A program made the position numbers and the translations under genes. Positions 11,735 to 24,600 of a stretch of DNA of 64,000 nt are shown piece by piece. The notes beneath the pieces are model-generated. The model searched no databases and was not told the DNA's origin. It saw nothing but the letters and a program-made list of their open reading frames with translations. Within the stretch, counting starts at the first letter, position 1, and each line of letters opens with the position of its first letter. The DNA is from Octopus vulgaris (lineage: Eukaryota): assembly GCA_951406725.2 (NCBI GenBank), contig OX597827.1:76074001-76138000 (forward strand). Reading direction: 5' to 3'.

Positions 11735-12945
11735 CCGAGCAAAAGTTTTTGGCCCCCTCACATAACTCAATCAAGATAGTGTTTTAAAACAGAAAAATGT
11801 CTCTAATGAAAATTACTTAATGTTCATTTCAAGAAGTTACTGTACATTGTTAATATTTCATGTGGCTTCTCTTAGCTTGAATAATTGCTTCAGTGCACCT
11901 GGGAAGAGATACATACACAACCTTCACAGGTATAAGGTGTGATTCTTTGTGGCTGAACACCTACAACTCTTCAAGATTGCATGAATTCTTCTGATGAACT
12001 TTTCTCCTTAGTTCTGTCCACATTTGCTTGATGATATTTAAGCCAGTGTGCTTAAATATCATGAGCTGGCCAATCTTTCAATACAGTAACACCATCATCA
12101 ACCAGACTTTGCATGTGATTTGTGGCATGGAGCTCCATCATCATCATCGTTTAACATCCACTTTCCATGCTGGCATGGGTTGGACGGTTCAACTGGGGTC
12201 TGGGAAGCCAGAAGGCTGCACCAGGCCCAGTCTGATCTGGCAGTGTTTCTACAGCTGGATGCCCTTCCTAACGCCAACCACTCCGTGAGTGTAGTGGGTG
12301 CTTTTTATGTGCCAGACGAGGCTGGCAGACAGCCACGATCGGATGGTGCTTTTTACGTGCCAGTCGGGTGGCGCTGGCTACGGCCACGTTCGGATGGTCC
12401 TCTTATGTGCCACCGGCACTGGTATCACAGCTACAAATTCCATTGATGTTGACAGATTACGATTTTGATTATTCACTTGCCTCAACAGGTCTTCACAAGT
12501 GGAGTTTTGTGTCCCAAGAAGGAAAGGAATGCATAAGTGGGCTGGCTACATCCCAGGTATAGGCCATGGGATTATGGCCTCACTTGTCCTGCTGTTGAAA
12601 AATTTCACCTTCACCCATGTCTCCTATCAAATTGTCCGTCAATTTTAACCAACTTTCTTGAACCATCACTTTTTATGTACCCCTAAAGCATCAGACTCTT
12701 ACCCCTAAACTTCACTGTTTTCGCTGTGTGACATGGGTCATTTCGCTTTCTAATAAGCGAGAATTTGTCAGAATGCCTCCAGGAAATCGAAACGACCTTT
12801 ATTACATAATGAAAACTGAAGTTTGGTGGGTAAGAGTCCGATACTTTAGGAATACATAAAAAGTGGTGGTTCAAGAAAGTTGGTTAAAGTTGACAGTCAC
12901 TTGAATAGTACCAAATACATCCAGTTGCTGAAGGACAATTTGATG
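11735..12945 (-). mobile_element. Tc1-like transposase remnant, split by a SINE and carrying a fold-back duplication
   Basis: The minus strand gives VKFRGKSLML..IDG..EIFQQ / DGAPCH..WPA..LNIIKQMWTELRRKV..SLPRCTEAIIQAKRSHMKY (Tc1 DDE C-terminus). A TIR-like CAAAAGTTTTTGGCCCCC lies at about 11740. Confidence 0.7.
12137..12592 (-). mobile_element. RTE-related SINE family C with (GAT)n tail and internal repeats of about 60 bp
   Basis: GTGGTTGGCGTTAGGAAGGGCATCCAGCTGTAGAAAC...CAACCCATGC.AGCATGGAAAG.GGA.GTTAAACGATGATG. Other copies lie at about 14542-14920, 15056-15350, 19670-19888 (+), 20372-21014, 32669-33190, 40310-40528 (+), 41701-41827, 42935-43325, 47980-48200 (+), 61150-61400 (+) and 61985-62135 (+). 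Confidence 0.8.
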
Positions 12946-12963
12946 TTCTTTTTAAATTATTAC

Positions 12964-13419
12964 TTAACCCTTTCAATACCAACCGGCTCTGGCTCTGTAG
13001 TTCAAATGTCTTGTTTTCATAAGTTTTGAATTACAATCTTCCACCAAACCTTAGTCACAATTTATGTTCCTAACACTAGCTGAATGATTACAAAGTTATT
13101 TGACTAAATTCTTTGTTATATTTAAAGTAATTGAAAGAAACACAGAGCATCTCAACAGAAATATGGTAATGAAAGGGTTAAAATATATAATAGAGAAACA
13201 ATTCTTAACCCTTTTGATACCAACCCAGCTGAAACCGGCTCTGGCTCTGAAGTACAAATGTCTTGTTTTCATAAGTTCTGAATTAAAATCTTCCACCAAA
13301 ACCTTAGTCACAGTTTATGTTCCTAACACTAGCTTAACGATAACTAAGTTATTTGACTAAATTCTTTGTTATATTTAGAGTAATTGAAAGAAACACAGAG
13401 CATCTCAAAATAAATACAG
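12964..13419. mobile_element. Two tandem piggyBac-type MITEs (12964-13181 complete; 13205-13419 truncated)
   Basis: TTAA-CCCTTT...AAAGGG-TTAA termini, about 215 bp, same family as the copies at 35930 and 42203. Confidence 0.8.
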
Positions 13420-14127
13420 GAGCATTTCAGTATTAATGTATTGAAGGAAACTCTACACGTGTTGAGTCCTGTCATTTGTCACTTCTGGTGATTCAACACA
13501 TTTACATATTTATGTATATGTGATGAGGAAGATGTTGGCTGTCCACTTGTGACAGCAATGCCCATGCATGAGGTTATTGCACCAACGGTCAGCTTTGCCT
13601 CTGCAGCTTCCATGCTCTCCGCAGTGCCCTTCTACTCAACCAGGCATCTCTGGTGATTGCATAGCCAAAACTTTTAGATCCAATGAGTTTTTTGCATGGA
13701 AAAGGTGGTATTCTTAATCCATGTTAACTAATCTGAACTTTGAGATCTTCTATTTCTCAGTCTGCTTGGATGTTCAATAGTGTTTAGCTGAAAATTTAAA
13801 TTATAATTTTTGTTTAATTTTCAAATTTGGTTTCTTTAAATTTTAGTGCAATGCTTCCCCCTTTTTTCTTTTTTGTTCTAAATAAGGCACTGAGGTGGTA
13901 GAATTCTTACCACACTGAAAAAAATACTCAGCAGCATTTCCTTTAGCTTTATGTTCAGAGTTCAAATGCTGCCAAGGTCAAATTTTTCTTCCATTTTCAA
14001 TTTTATGACAGGGATCTGTATGGAGCATAAGACTACAAAGGCTAAAGTGCCTTTCAAATTATGATACCTACTTTAATTGATGATGTTAGGCAATTAAATC
14101 AATTAATTGTATATACAGCATGCTGAA

Positions 14128-14430
14128 GGCGCATGGCTCAGTGGTTAGAGCATCGAGCTTATGATCGTGAGGTTGTGAGCTCGAATCCCGGACCGGGCTG
14201 CATGTTGTGTTCTTGAGCAAGACACTTTATTTCACGTTGCGACGTCACAGGTGCCAAGCTGTATCGGCCCCTTTGCCTTTTCCTTAGATAACATCAGTGG
14301 TGTGGAGAAGGGAGGCTGGTATGCATGGGCGACTGCTGGTCTTCCATAAACAACCTTGCCCAGACTTGCGCCTAGGAGGGTAACTTTCTAGGTGCAATCC
14401 CAAGGTCTGTGTCATGACCGAAGGGGGTCT
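14128..14430 (+). mobile_element. tRNA-headed SINE family D (CORE/V-like body)
   Basis: GGCGCATGGCTCAGTGGTTAGAGC head and TGTTGTGTTCTTGAGCAAGACACTT core. Related copies lie at about 17179-17478, 22270-22515 (-), 25760-26010 (-) and 43340-43560. Confidence 0.75.
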
Positions 14431-15699
14431 CAGCATGTTGAGATGATCTCTTGTCCCTTTAGGACACAATAATAATGAAGAGTAATAACATGGCCAGTGA
14501 GGTGCTGTTCCTTCGGATGCAATAGTAATGGATAGTAACAATCATCATCATCATTTAGCGTCCGCTTTCCAAGCTAGCATGGGTTGGACGGTTCAACTGG
14601 GGTCTGGGAAGCCAGAAGGCTGCGCCAGGCCCAGTCTGATCTGGCAGTATTTCTACGGCAGGATGCCCTTCCTAACGCCAACCACTCTGAGTATTTTCTT
14701 TCAGTGTGGTAAGAATTCTACCAGTGTAGTGGGTGCTTTTTACGTGCCAGACGGAGCTGACAAACGGCCATGGTCGGATGGTGCATTTTACGTGCCACCG
14801 GCACGGGGGCCAGGCGAGGCTGGCAACGGTCACGATCGGATGGTGCTTTTTACATGCCACCGGCACGGAGGCCAGTCGGGGCGGCGCTGGCAACGGCCAT
14901 GATTGGATGGTTCACTTATGTGGTTCTCATCCTGCCAAAAGAGATATAAAATTTTGCTTACAGTAAATTACAAGATTTGCAGAAATTATGATTAATTTGA
15001 TAATCGACTAGTAAATGAATAATTAAAGTTTGCTATTAAGTTATTATATGAATTCATCATCATCATCATCATCGTTTAACGTTTGCTTTCCATGCTAGCA
15101 TGGGTTGGATGGTCTGACTGAGGTCTGGCAAACCAGATGGCTGCACCAGACTCCAATCTTGATCTGGCAGAGTTTCTACAGCTGGATGACCTTCCTAATG
15201 CCAACCACTCCAAGAGTGTAGTGGGTGCTTTTTTACGTGCCACCGGCACGAGGGCCAGTCAGGCGGTACTGGCAACGGCTACGCTCAATATGGTGCTTTT
15301 TACGTGCCACCTGCACAGGAGCCAGTCCAGCGGCACTGGCAACGACCTCGCTATGGAATAATTATTAGTGACAGAAGCAGTATCAATACCAAAAGGTAAT
15401 ATTTATCCCTACTTAATCAAGTTCCGAGACTCGTTAGCACACCAGGCAAAAAGCCCAAGCGACATTTCTTCCATCTTTACATTCTGAATTCAAATTCTGC
15501 CGAGGTCTACTTTGCCTTTTGTCCTTTTGGGGGTCAATAAAATTAGTAGCAGTTAAGTACAGGGGTTGTGTAATCAACTCATTCCATCCCCCAAAATTGC
15601 TGGCCTTGTGCCAAAATTTGAAACAAATATTTATCCCTATTTAAAAGTGGATACACAGATTACTGTGAAAGTTACCATGGGAGAACCTCTCATATATAT

Positions 15700-16563
15700 A
15701 TATAAGTATGTATGTGTGTGTATATGTTTGTGTGTCTGTGTTTGTCCCACCAACATTGCTTGACAACCGATGGTGGTGTATTTACGTCCCCGTAACTTAG
15801 CAGTTCGGCAAAAGAGACTGATGGAATAAGTACTAGGCTTACAAAGAATACGTCCTGGGTTCAATCTGCTCGACTATAAAGGCGGTGCTCCACACACATA
15901 TGTATATTCTTTTATTTGTTTCAGTCATTTGACTGCAGCCATGCTGGATATATATATATATATATATATGACGGGCTTCTTTCAGTTTCTGTCTACCAAA
16001 TCCACTCACAAGGCTTTGGTCGGCCCGAGGCTATAGTAGAAGACACTTGTTCAAGGTACCACGCAGTAGGACTGAACCCGGAGCTATGTGGTTGGTAAAC
16101 AAGCTACTTACCACACAGCCACTCCTACACCTATGTACATATAATGTGTGTATACTCTTTTTACTCTTTTACTTGTTTCAGTCATTTGACTGCGGCCATG
16201 CTGGAGCACCACCTTTAGTCGTGCAACTAGACCCAAGGACTTATTCTTTGTAAGCCCAAGTACTTATTCTATCGGTCTCTTTTGCCGAACCGCTAAGTGA
16301 CGGGGACATAAACACGCCAGCATCGGTTGTCAAGCAATGCTAGGGGGACAAACACAAACACACAAACACACACACACACATATATATATACATATATACG
16401 ACGGGCTTCTTTCAGTTTCCGTCTACCAAATCCACTCACAAGGCTTTGGTCGGCCCGGGGCTATAGTAGAAGACACTTGCCCAAGGTACCATGCAGTGGG
16501 AGTGAACCCTGAACAATGTGGTTGGTTAGCAAGCTACTTACCACACTGCCACTTCTGCGCCTA
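15700..16563. mobile_element. Cluster of SINE family A copies in both orientations
   Basis: A plus-strand 3' half (about 15700-15890) abuts minus-strand copies (about 15908-16132 and 16155-16563). Confidence 0.75.
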
Positions 16564-18652
16564 TATGTGTATATATATATATGTGTGTGTGTGTGTATAC
16601 TCATACATACATATACACCTTCTCTTTGACTTACAACCGAATTCCTTTCCAGTTGACCAGTCGATCTGGTCCTATGTCAGGTATATATTTTACAATACTA
16701 TTTTTCCATTCAAACACAACTGATGCTTGAAAGTGACTGAGTGAGAGACAGTGGCAGGCAGTGGATGCTTGGGTCTGAGGGAGGCCTGCATTGCCAGATG
16801 CTGCCATTGTCATCCTATGTATTGCTGGCCAACGTCCAAAAATCGATTTATATATTCACTTTTTTATTTCCTTATTTTTTTTGGCCATAAGTGCAGATGG
16901 TTGTATGTTGCATAGATTATAAGTCGAGAAGGTGTGTGTGTGTATATATATATAGATATATATGTATATATATTGCAGTTGAGTATAGTTACCTTGCTGT
17001 TGAGTATTAACTGTAATAGTCAATATTCTTTGTATAGGCAACTAACAAGTACTTTCATAGGATTTTGCTCTCCCTGAATGAGGTTTGTAACCTTTATTTG
17101 TGCTTATATATATATATATGTATGTATATATATATATACATGCATACACACACACACATATACATATGTGTGTGTGAAGGCGCATGGCTCAGTGGTTAGA
17201 GCGTCAAGCTTACGAGCGTGAGGTAGTGAGTTTGATTCCTGGACCAGGCTTTGTGTTGTGTTCTTGAGCAAGACACTTTATTTCAAATTGCTCCAGTTCA
17301 CTCAGCTGTAGAAATGAGTTGTGACATCACTGGTGCCAAGCCATATCGGCCCCTTTGCCTTTCCCTTGGATAACATGTCAGTGGTGTGTATGTATGGGCG
17401 ACTGCTGGCCTTCCACAAACAACCTTACCCGGACTTGTGCCTCGGAGGGCAACTTTCTAGGTACTATCCTATGGTCCAGGCTTCTTTCAGTTTCTGTCTA
17501 TCAAATCCACTCTCACAGGGCTTTGGTTGACCCAATGCTATAGTAGAAGACGCTTGCCAAAGATGTCAGGAAGTCAAACTTAATTAGGAACCATGTGGTT
17601 ACCATTCAGCCACGCCTGCGTCTATCCTCAAAGCCACTGTTTGTACTTTCCTAACATGCCACACGGTAAGATCGAACCCAGAACCCTATGGTTGTGAAGT
17701 GAACTTCCTAATCCATAAATGGGTCCACAAGATGTGAACACAGTGTAATGTTATATTACAGAGGTAAAGATATATAAGGGACCATGTGAAAAGGGATATC
17801 AAACCAGGGAATGACTTAAGTCTACTGCTAAAGAACAAGAACAGCCCTCCCCCAAACGGGCTTCCGCATAGTTTCCTTCTACCAAATTCTATTCACAAGG
17901 CTTTGGTGAACGTGAGGTTATGGTAGATTTGCCAAAAGGGCTGTGCAGTGGGATTGAAACCGAGTTGAGAATCGAATCGAACTTCTTGACCATAATACCA
18001 ATACTTGCGTCCCAATTGGGAATGCATTTCTAACGCATCCTACAGCCCCTTTTTTCTTAATTGACAGGGTGTCAGTTGAGGGTATCCGACTGCACTTTCT
18101 AGTAAGATCGACAACCATGTAGAGGCTTGCTGATTGTTGGTGAAAGTAAATATATGAAGGGAGATAACTCCGGTGTGCACAATGGACGCGTTATAGCTCA
18201 TACCCCTGTTGCCCCTTTAAGGGTCCAGTGGTGAGAAAGTAACCCGTATTGGATGCCTTAATGGGAGTTTTGTGTTTATGTTAGCAACAACTACGACTCC
18301 AGCGTCTTCCCTAAGAGGAACGTCAGTCGCGTGCATGTGATTATACGCTTGGGTTACGATAATAAATTATAAGGCCACGGACACACACATATATACATAC
18401 ATATATACTAACATATTTATATATGTGTGTACACACACACACACACACATACATACACACACAAACATATACGTTCCGGCAATAACGAAAGGCCAAGACC
18501 TCTGGAGATATGCTGTGATTGAGAAGACCCGGCAAGAAAAGTGAAATCACAGCCGTAGCCTACACCAGTGTTGCATAACCAACCCCTTTAAAATGTACCT
18601 TTAAATGTACCGCAATATGGCGAGGGATTACTGTATATACACACACATACAT

Positions 18653-19012
18653 AGGCATGGCTGTGTGGCAGGAAGTTTGCATCCCAAATCCATGGTTCTG
18701 GTTTCAGTCCCACTGAGGGGCACTTTAGGCAAGTGTCTTTTACTATAGCCTTGGGTTGACCAAAGCCTTGTGAGTAGATTTGGTAGATGGAAACTGAAAG
18801 AAGCCCATCGTATATGTGTGTGTGTGTGTGTGTGTCTTTACCCACCCCCATCACTTGACAACTGGCGTTGGTGTGTTTACGTCCCCATAACTTAGCAGTT
18901 CAGCAAAAGAGACTGATAGAATAAGTACTGGGGTCGATTCGCTCAACTTAAAATTCAAGTACAATGCCCCAGCATGGCCACACTCTAACGACTGAAACAA
19001 GTAAAAGACAAA
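18653..19012 (+). mobile_element. SINE family A
   Basis: Full-length match to the family consensus. Confidence 0.8.
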
Positions 19013-19020
19013 ATATATAC

Positions 19021-19220
19021 ATGAGAGGGTGCTGAAAAGTTCCTGGCTTTAAGGGTATCACAAAGGGCCTGATTGGAGGCCCAACCTTCCAAGTTCTTTC
19101 ACAGGGCTTAGAAAACTGAAGGACCACTGCAATAAGGGCATGAATTTGAGAGAAGAATATGTTGAATAAAATCGTAATTATCTGATTCTCCTGTATTTTC
19201 CTTTACTAAAAGCCAGGAAA
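19021..19220 (+). mobile_element. Mariner-derived MITE
   Basis: TIR GAGGGTGCTGAAAAGTTCCTGGCTTT; same family as 38132-38349 in the opposite orientation. Confidence 0.7.
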
Positions 19221-19942
19221 TATATATCATCATTATTGTGTAGCATCTGCCTCCATGTATCAGATGTTTCTACACATCACTGGTCACATTGCGCTTCGCA
19301 TTGTTTTAGCCTTCAAATGATGCAACCCCACTGACTAAGTGAGCAGGCCAATATATATATATATATATATAAATAAAAGCAAGTAACAACAGATGGAATT
19401 CACTATGGACCATGAAATGACACATTCTTGGATTCGTGGAGTGTTTTTTTGCATATATTCACCTGATGAAAACGGTTTTTTTTTTCACATGATGTAATAA
19501 TTCTATTATTATTTGAGGGAATAAAATCCAAACTTACAAGGAAAAAAATACAATTTAGAAATATTAAATCAAATTTCACACAATATAATATATATATTTT
19601 TATTATATGTAATTATCTAGATGGTGTAATTTAATTGTTCATTTTGAATTGATAAAAGGTGTTTATATATGCCAGTGCCACCTCGACTGGCTTCCGTGCC
19701 GGTGGCACGTAAAAAGCACCCACTACACTCCTGGAGTGGTTGGCGTTAGGAAGGGCATCCAGCTGTAGAAACATTGCCAGATCAGACAAGAGCCTGGTGC
19801 AGCCTCCTGGCTTCCCAGATCCCCGGTCGAACCGTCCAACCCGTGCTAGCATGGAGAACGGACGTTAAACGATGATGATGATGATGATATATATACATAC
19901 ATACATACATACATACATACATACACACACACACATATATAT

Positions 19943-19976
<34 letters not shown>

Positions 19977-21082
19977 GGTTGTTATGGAGACAGTCAAAAT
20001 GCATATTGATGTAAGATAGGACATAGACAGAAAAGGAGACAATGTGGACATTGATATGATAGAGAAAGACGATGGTGGAGGACAAAATGAATATTGACAT
20101 AATGACAACAAACCAGATTGTCATTGACAAAATACACAGCGAGACAGAATAGCAAATATAATTTCATGTCCATCACATGACAGACTGACAGTCACATGTC
20201 ATACTAATAATAATAATAATAATAACAAAAAAAAAAGACGGGATTGACACAAAATTTATTTCTTTGGCTCTTTTGAGGGGAAGAATAAACCAGGGAGTGA
20301 TCCTGGCACCATACACACACATACATATATATATATATATACACATACATATATATATATATATATATACACATCATCATCATATCATCATCATTTAGCG
20401 TCCGTTTTCCATGCTAGCATGGGTTGGACGGTTCTGTTGGGGTCTGTGAAGCCAGAAGGCTTCATCAGGCCCAGTCAAATCTGGCAGTGTTTCTACGGCT
20501 GGATGCCCTTCCTAACGCCAACCACTCCGTGAGTGTAGTGGGTGCTTTTTACGTGCCACCCGCACTGGTGCCAGCCAGAGCTGGCAAACGGCCACGAACG
20601 GATGGTGTTTTTTATGTGCCACCGGCACGAGGGCCAGGCGAGGCTGGCAACGAACACGAAACGGGGCGGTGCTGGCAACGGTCGCGAAACGGAAGGTTCT
20701 CTTACATGCCACCGGCACTGGTAACACATCTGCAATTTCCATTGATCGATTTCCATTGATCGATTTCGATTCTGATCCTCACTTGCCTCAATGGGTCTTC
20801 ACAAGCAGAGTTTCGACATGCCACCGGCACTGGTAGCACATCCGCAATTTCCATTGATCGATTTCGATTCTGATCCTCACTTGCCTCAACACGTCTTCAC
20901 AAGTAGAGTTTTGTGTCCCAAGAAGGGAAGGTATGCATACGTAGGCTGGCTCCATCCCATGTAGAAGGCCACGGGTTGTGGACTCACTTGTCCTGCCGGG
21001 TCTTCTCGCGCACAATATATATATATATATATATATATACATACATACATATATATATACACATACATACATATATATATAC

Positions 21083-21141
<59 letters not shown>

Positions 21142-21281
21142 CATACATATATATATACACATACATACATATATATATATATATATACACACACACTCAC
21201 ACATATCAAATCAAAACAGAAAACAACTTCTTTGTTTCACATTTTTTTTGGCTTTTTTTTATTTTTCAATATATATTATAT

Positions 21282-21331
<50 letters not shown>

Positions 21332-21629
21332 CATACATATATTCATTTATTTATTAGTTTATTGCAGTTTCATATCAGAGCAACTGAATATCCATTTAAG
21401 GAAATGAAATTCGCATATATTTACATATAGTTCTTTTTTTTTTTTTTTGTTTTGTTTTGTAGTTTATGAAAAATAGTTTACAATAATTTCATTTATTAGA
21501 AATTGTAATCGGATTCTACATCAAATGCTTCTAACATCTATTATAATTATTATTATTATTATTGTATATTTAAACATTTTTTTACAAAACGACTATATTT
21601 TTATTGCACATACATACATGCTCATACTT

Positions 21630-21668
<39 letters not shown>

Positions 21669-24600
21669 GCACTCATATCCATACATACACATATATATAT
21701 ATACATATATTTTATATACAGCTTCAGAAATATGATGTATATATGTTAAAGCACTGATGCCACATTTATGTTAAGATATATATACAAACACAGAGAAGAC
21801 CAATACATGTATGTTAAAATATGTAGACCTCCACCACACACACACACAAGGGATATCTCTGTTCTAACTAATTGGTCGTACCATCCAGAGATCTTCTCAA
21901 TAAACTCCAAATTAGGCAACACATTCAGTTTCACACTAGAAATGCTGGGTTTCAACACAAACATGTGGTGGCTACACCAAACTTATCCATGCATTTTGGG
22001 CTGTTCCAAGAATTGTTACTGTTGTTGTCTAACCAGGGGGTTTTTTCTGATGCAGGAGGTGAAGATCAAAACCATTTCGGAAATGGCCATCCTGTCTATT
22101 TTACAGCCATAGTTTATCCAAGACTATATTATACAATGTCAGTGCTGGGATTGTTGTTAATCTCTGATGCAGAAGATTTATGATCAAAGACATTCCACCA
22201 TGACCATCCTGTCTTATCTTCAACCATATTATACAATATTGGGGTTGGAATAATCAAAAAAAAGGGTAAAGATCCTTCCCAAGCTATATGGGCTCATAAG
22301 GGCCGGTTTCCTGGTTTCTGTTGTGCACATATTCCCCACTGGACAGGAAGCTGACCCATTGCTGGATTATGTATTTTTGTCAGCTTAGTGGACTGGAGCA
22401 ACGTGAAATAAAGGGTTTTGCTGAAAAACATGACATACTGCCCAGCCCAGGAATCGAAACCACAATCTTATGATCATGAGTCCAACACCCTAACCACTAA
22501 GCCATGCACCCCCACACTGGAATAATTAACTCCAATAGGCCAGATCACTAATGAAATATATTCCATCCAAGACTATTCTAGGTTTCTTGTATATTTTTTA
22601 GTCATGGCATATCTTGGACTATACTATACCATGTTACTGCTGGGACAGTTGTTTAGCTCTGACAGGACAGACCTATAGTCAAAAGTATATTTGGCTGCTA
22701 TTTTTAGCAAGCTGAATGACCACATCAGGTTTGATGAGGTGTAGTCCAAATGTGTGCATGTCTGTTGTGTAGATTCTGTAGTTAAATTCCAAACCCAAAT
22801 TTCTGAACTGCAAAACTAAATACATCTAGGTAGACTTGGCTTCTTGGTTACTCAGAGTACATAAAAGTACATGCCCACAAACACATACAAATATACACAT
22901 ATATCCATGTAGTGTGTGTGTATAAAATGCAAAGCCCTTCATTTCACACACACATACATTATATATGTGTGTGTGTAAATGAAATTAGGGGGCCTATACA
23001 TGATTGCTTGCGCTCCTAGAAATAGCAACCAAACCTCCCTTAAATCATATCCTACCATCTTAGAAAAGGACACATTGGATAAAATTGTCCTAGGTGAACT
23101 GTGTCTGGGGTAAAAATGACACAGAGATTACAAGTGAATTATCAATGATCACAACTGTCCTCAAATACATCCAGCCTGGGGTTAAACAACAACTGAGTTG
23201 GTTGCGTAATGAAGAATATTTTACACACATTTAATTCTGATCACACACACAAGCAAAGAACAATTCAAAATTCGGAAAAAATCTGGAACCATCTTTAATC
23301 GGAAACAGAATGTAAGCACAATGCCAGTGAAAGATTTCAATCAGAATTTTGATGAAATATATTAACGATCTTGAGCCAGCAGGTGAGTGTTAACTGAGGA
23401 GGTCTAATAACACTAAACTCTGCCTGGAGTGGTCTCCCTTACTTGTAAAATTATCAAAATATTAGTCACTGACCCAGTATTGTCCTTTGCTTAGTTTATG
23501 ATTTTTGTAATGAAATTTTTGACCCTCAACACATTAAATATGATAACATTAACCTAATAACACACACAGATACATAGAGATTGAGGGGATAATATAAATC
23601 CTGGCTTTCACATATATAAGGTTCAAATGTACAGAAAACAAAAGACAGAGACAGGTGAGGGAATGACAAATAGGTGTGTTAATTGGATGCTCAGGGGAAA
23701 ATGGAAAAGTCTTTGACATATGAAGCCCACACACTTCAACAAGGGGATGAAAGAAAAAAAAGGGGACAGAGATAAAAAAAAAAGTTGGGATTAATGGTTC
23801 CACACTCACAGGCATGCATGTATGTAGACAGAGTGGTTCAAAAGTTCAGCTTGTAAGGATGAGGACCCAGGTTCGATCCCAAAGTGTGGCATCTTAGGCA
23901 AGTGTCTTTACCACATCCTCAGGTGGACCCAAACATTGATTGAAATTAGGTAGAAGGGGACTGCTTAGAAGCCCTCCAGATGGACTGTACCAGTAATTAA
24001 AAAGGTCGTCTTCGTCGCAGCGTCTCACTGATTCTACTTTAGGATGATGTTAAGGATACGTGTCTATGGAATACTCAGCCACATTACATGCTAAATCAAT
24101 GAGTAGGTCGTCCAGTTGATCAGACAACTGGACAGTCATACATTGGAATAGACAACAGAACCAAATAAACACTCATGTATACATACACTACGACAATTAC
24201 ATATAGATATACATATGCACACACACACTATATATATATATATATACTCATTTATCTGTATACATATATGAGTACACACACACATATATATATATACTCT
24301 GTGTGTATACTCATATATGAGTATACACACACACACACAGACATATACTCATTTATATGTATACATATATATGAGTATATATATATATATATATATATAT
24401 ATTACAGCTACATATATATAAACACATACACATGTACAAACAATCTACATGTGTGTGTGCAGAGAAACACATACTACTTAATACCAGATATTTAAAAAAT
24501 GTAGTTTACAAGATCCACAAAGCTACACAAAATGCTAATTATAGACACAAGAGCATGTGCACACACGCACACAGACAGAGAGGCCATAGCTGGTGACATA

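Noticed and set aside
12028-12562. Recurrent ORFs such as 'LQLDALPNANHSVSVVGAFYVP' and 'DGLLSVSVYQIHSQGFG'
   Set aside because: Translations of non-coding SINE families C and A; recurrence reflects repeat copies, not a protein family.
14128-14200. tRNA-like sequences (also about 5148, 17179 and 43340)
   Set aside because: They continue directly into shared SINE bodies and lack a clean cloverleaf, so they are SINE heads rather than tRNA genes.
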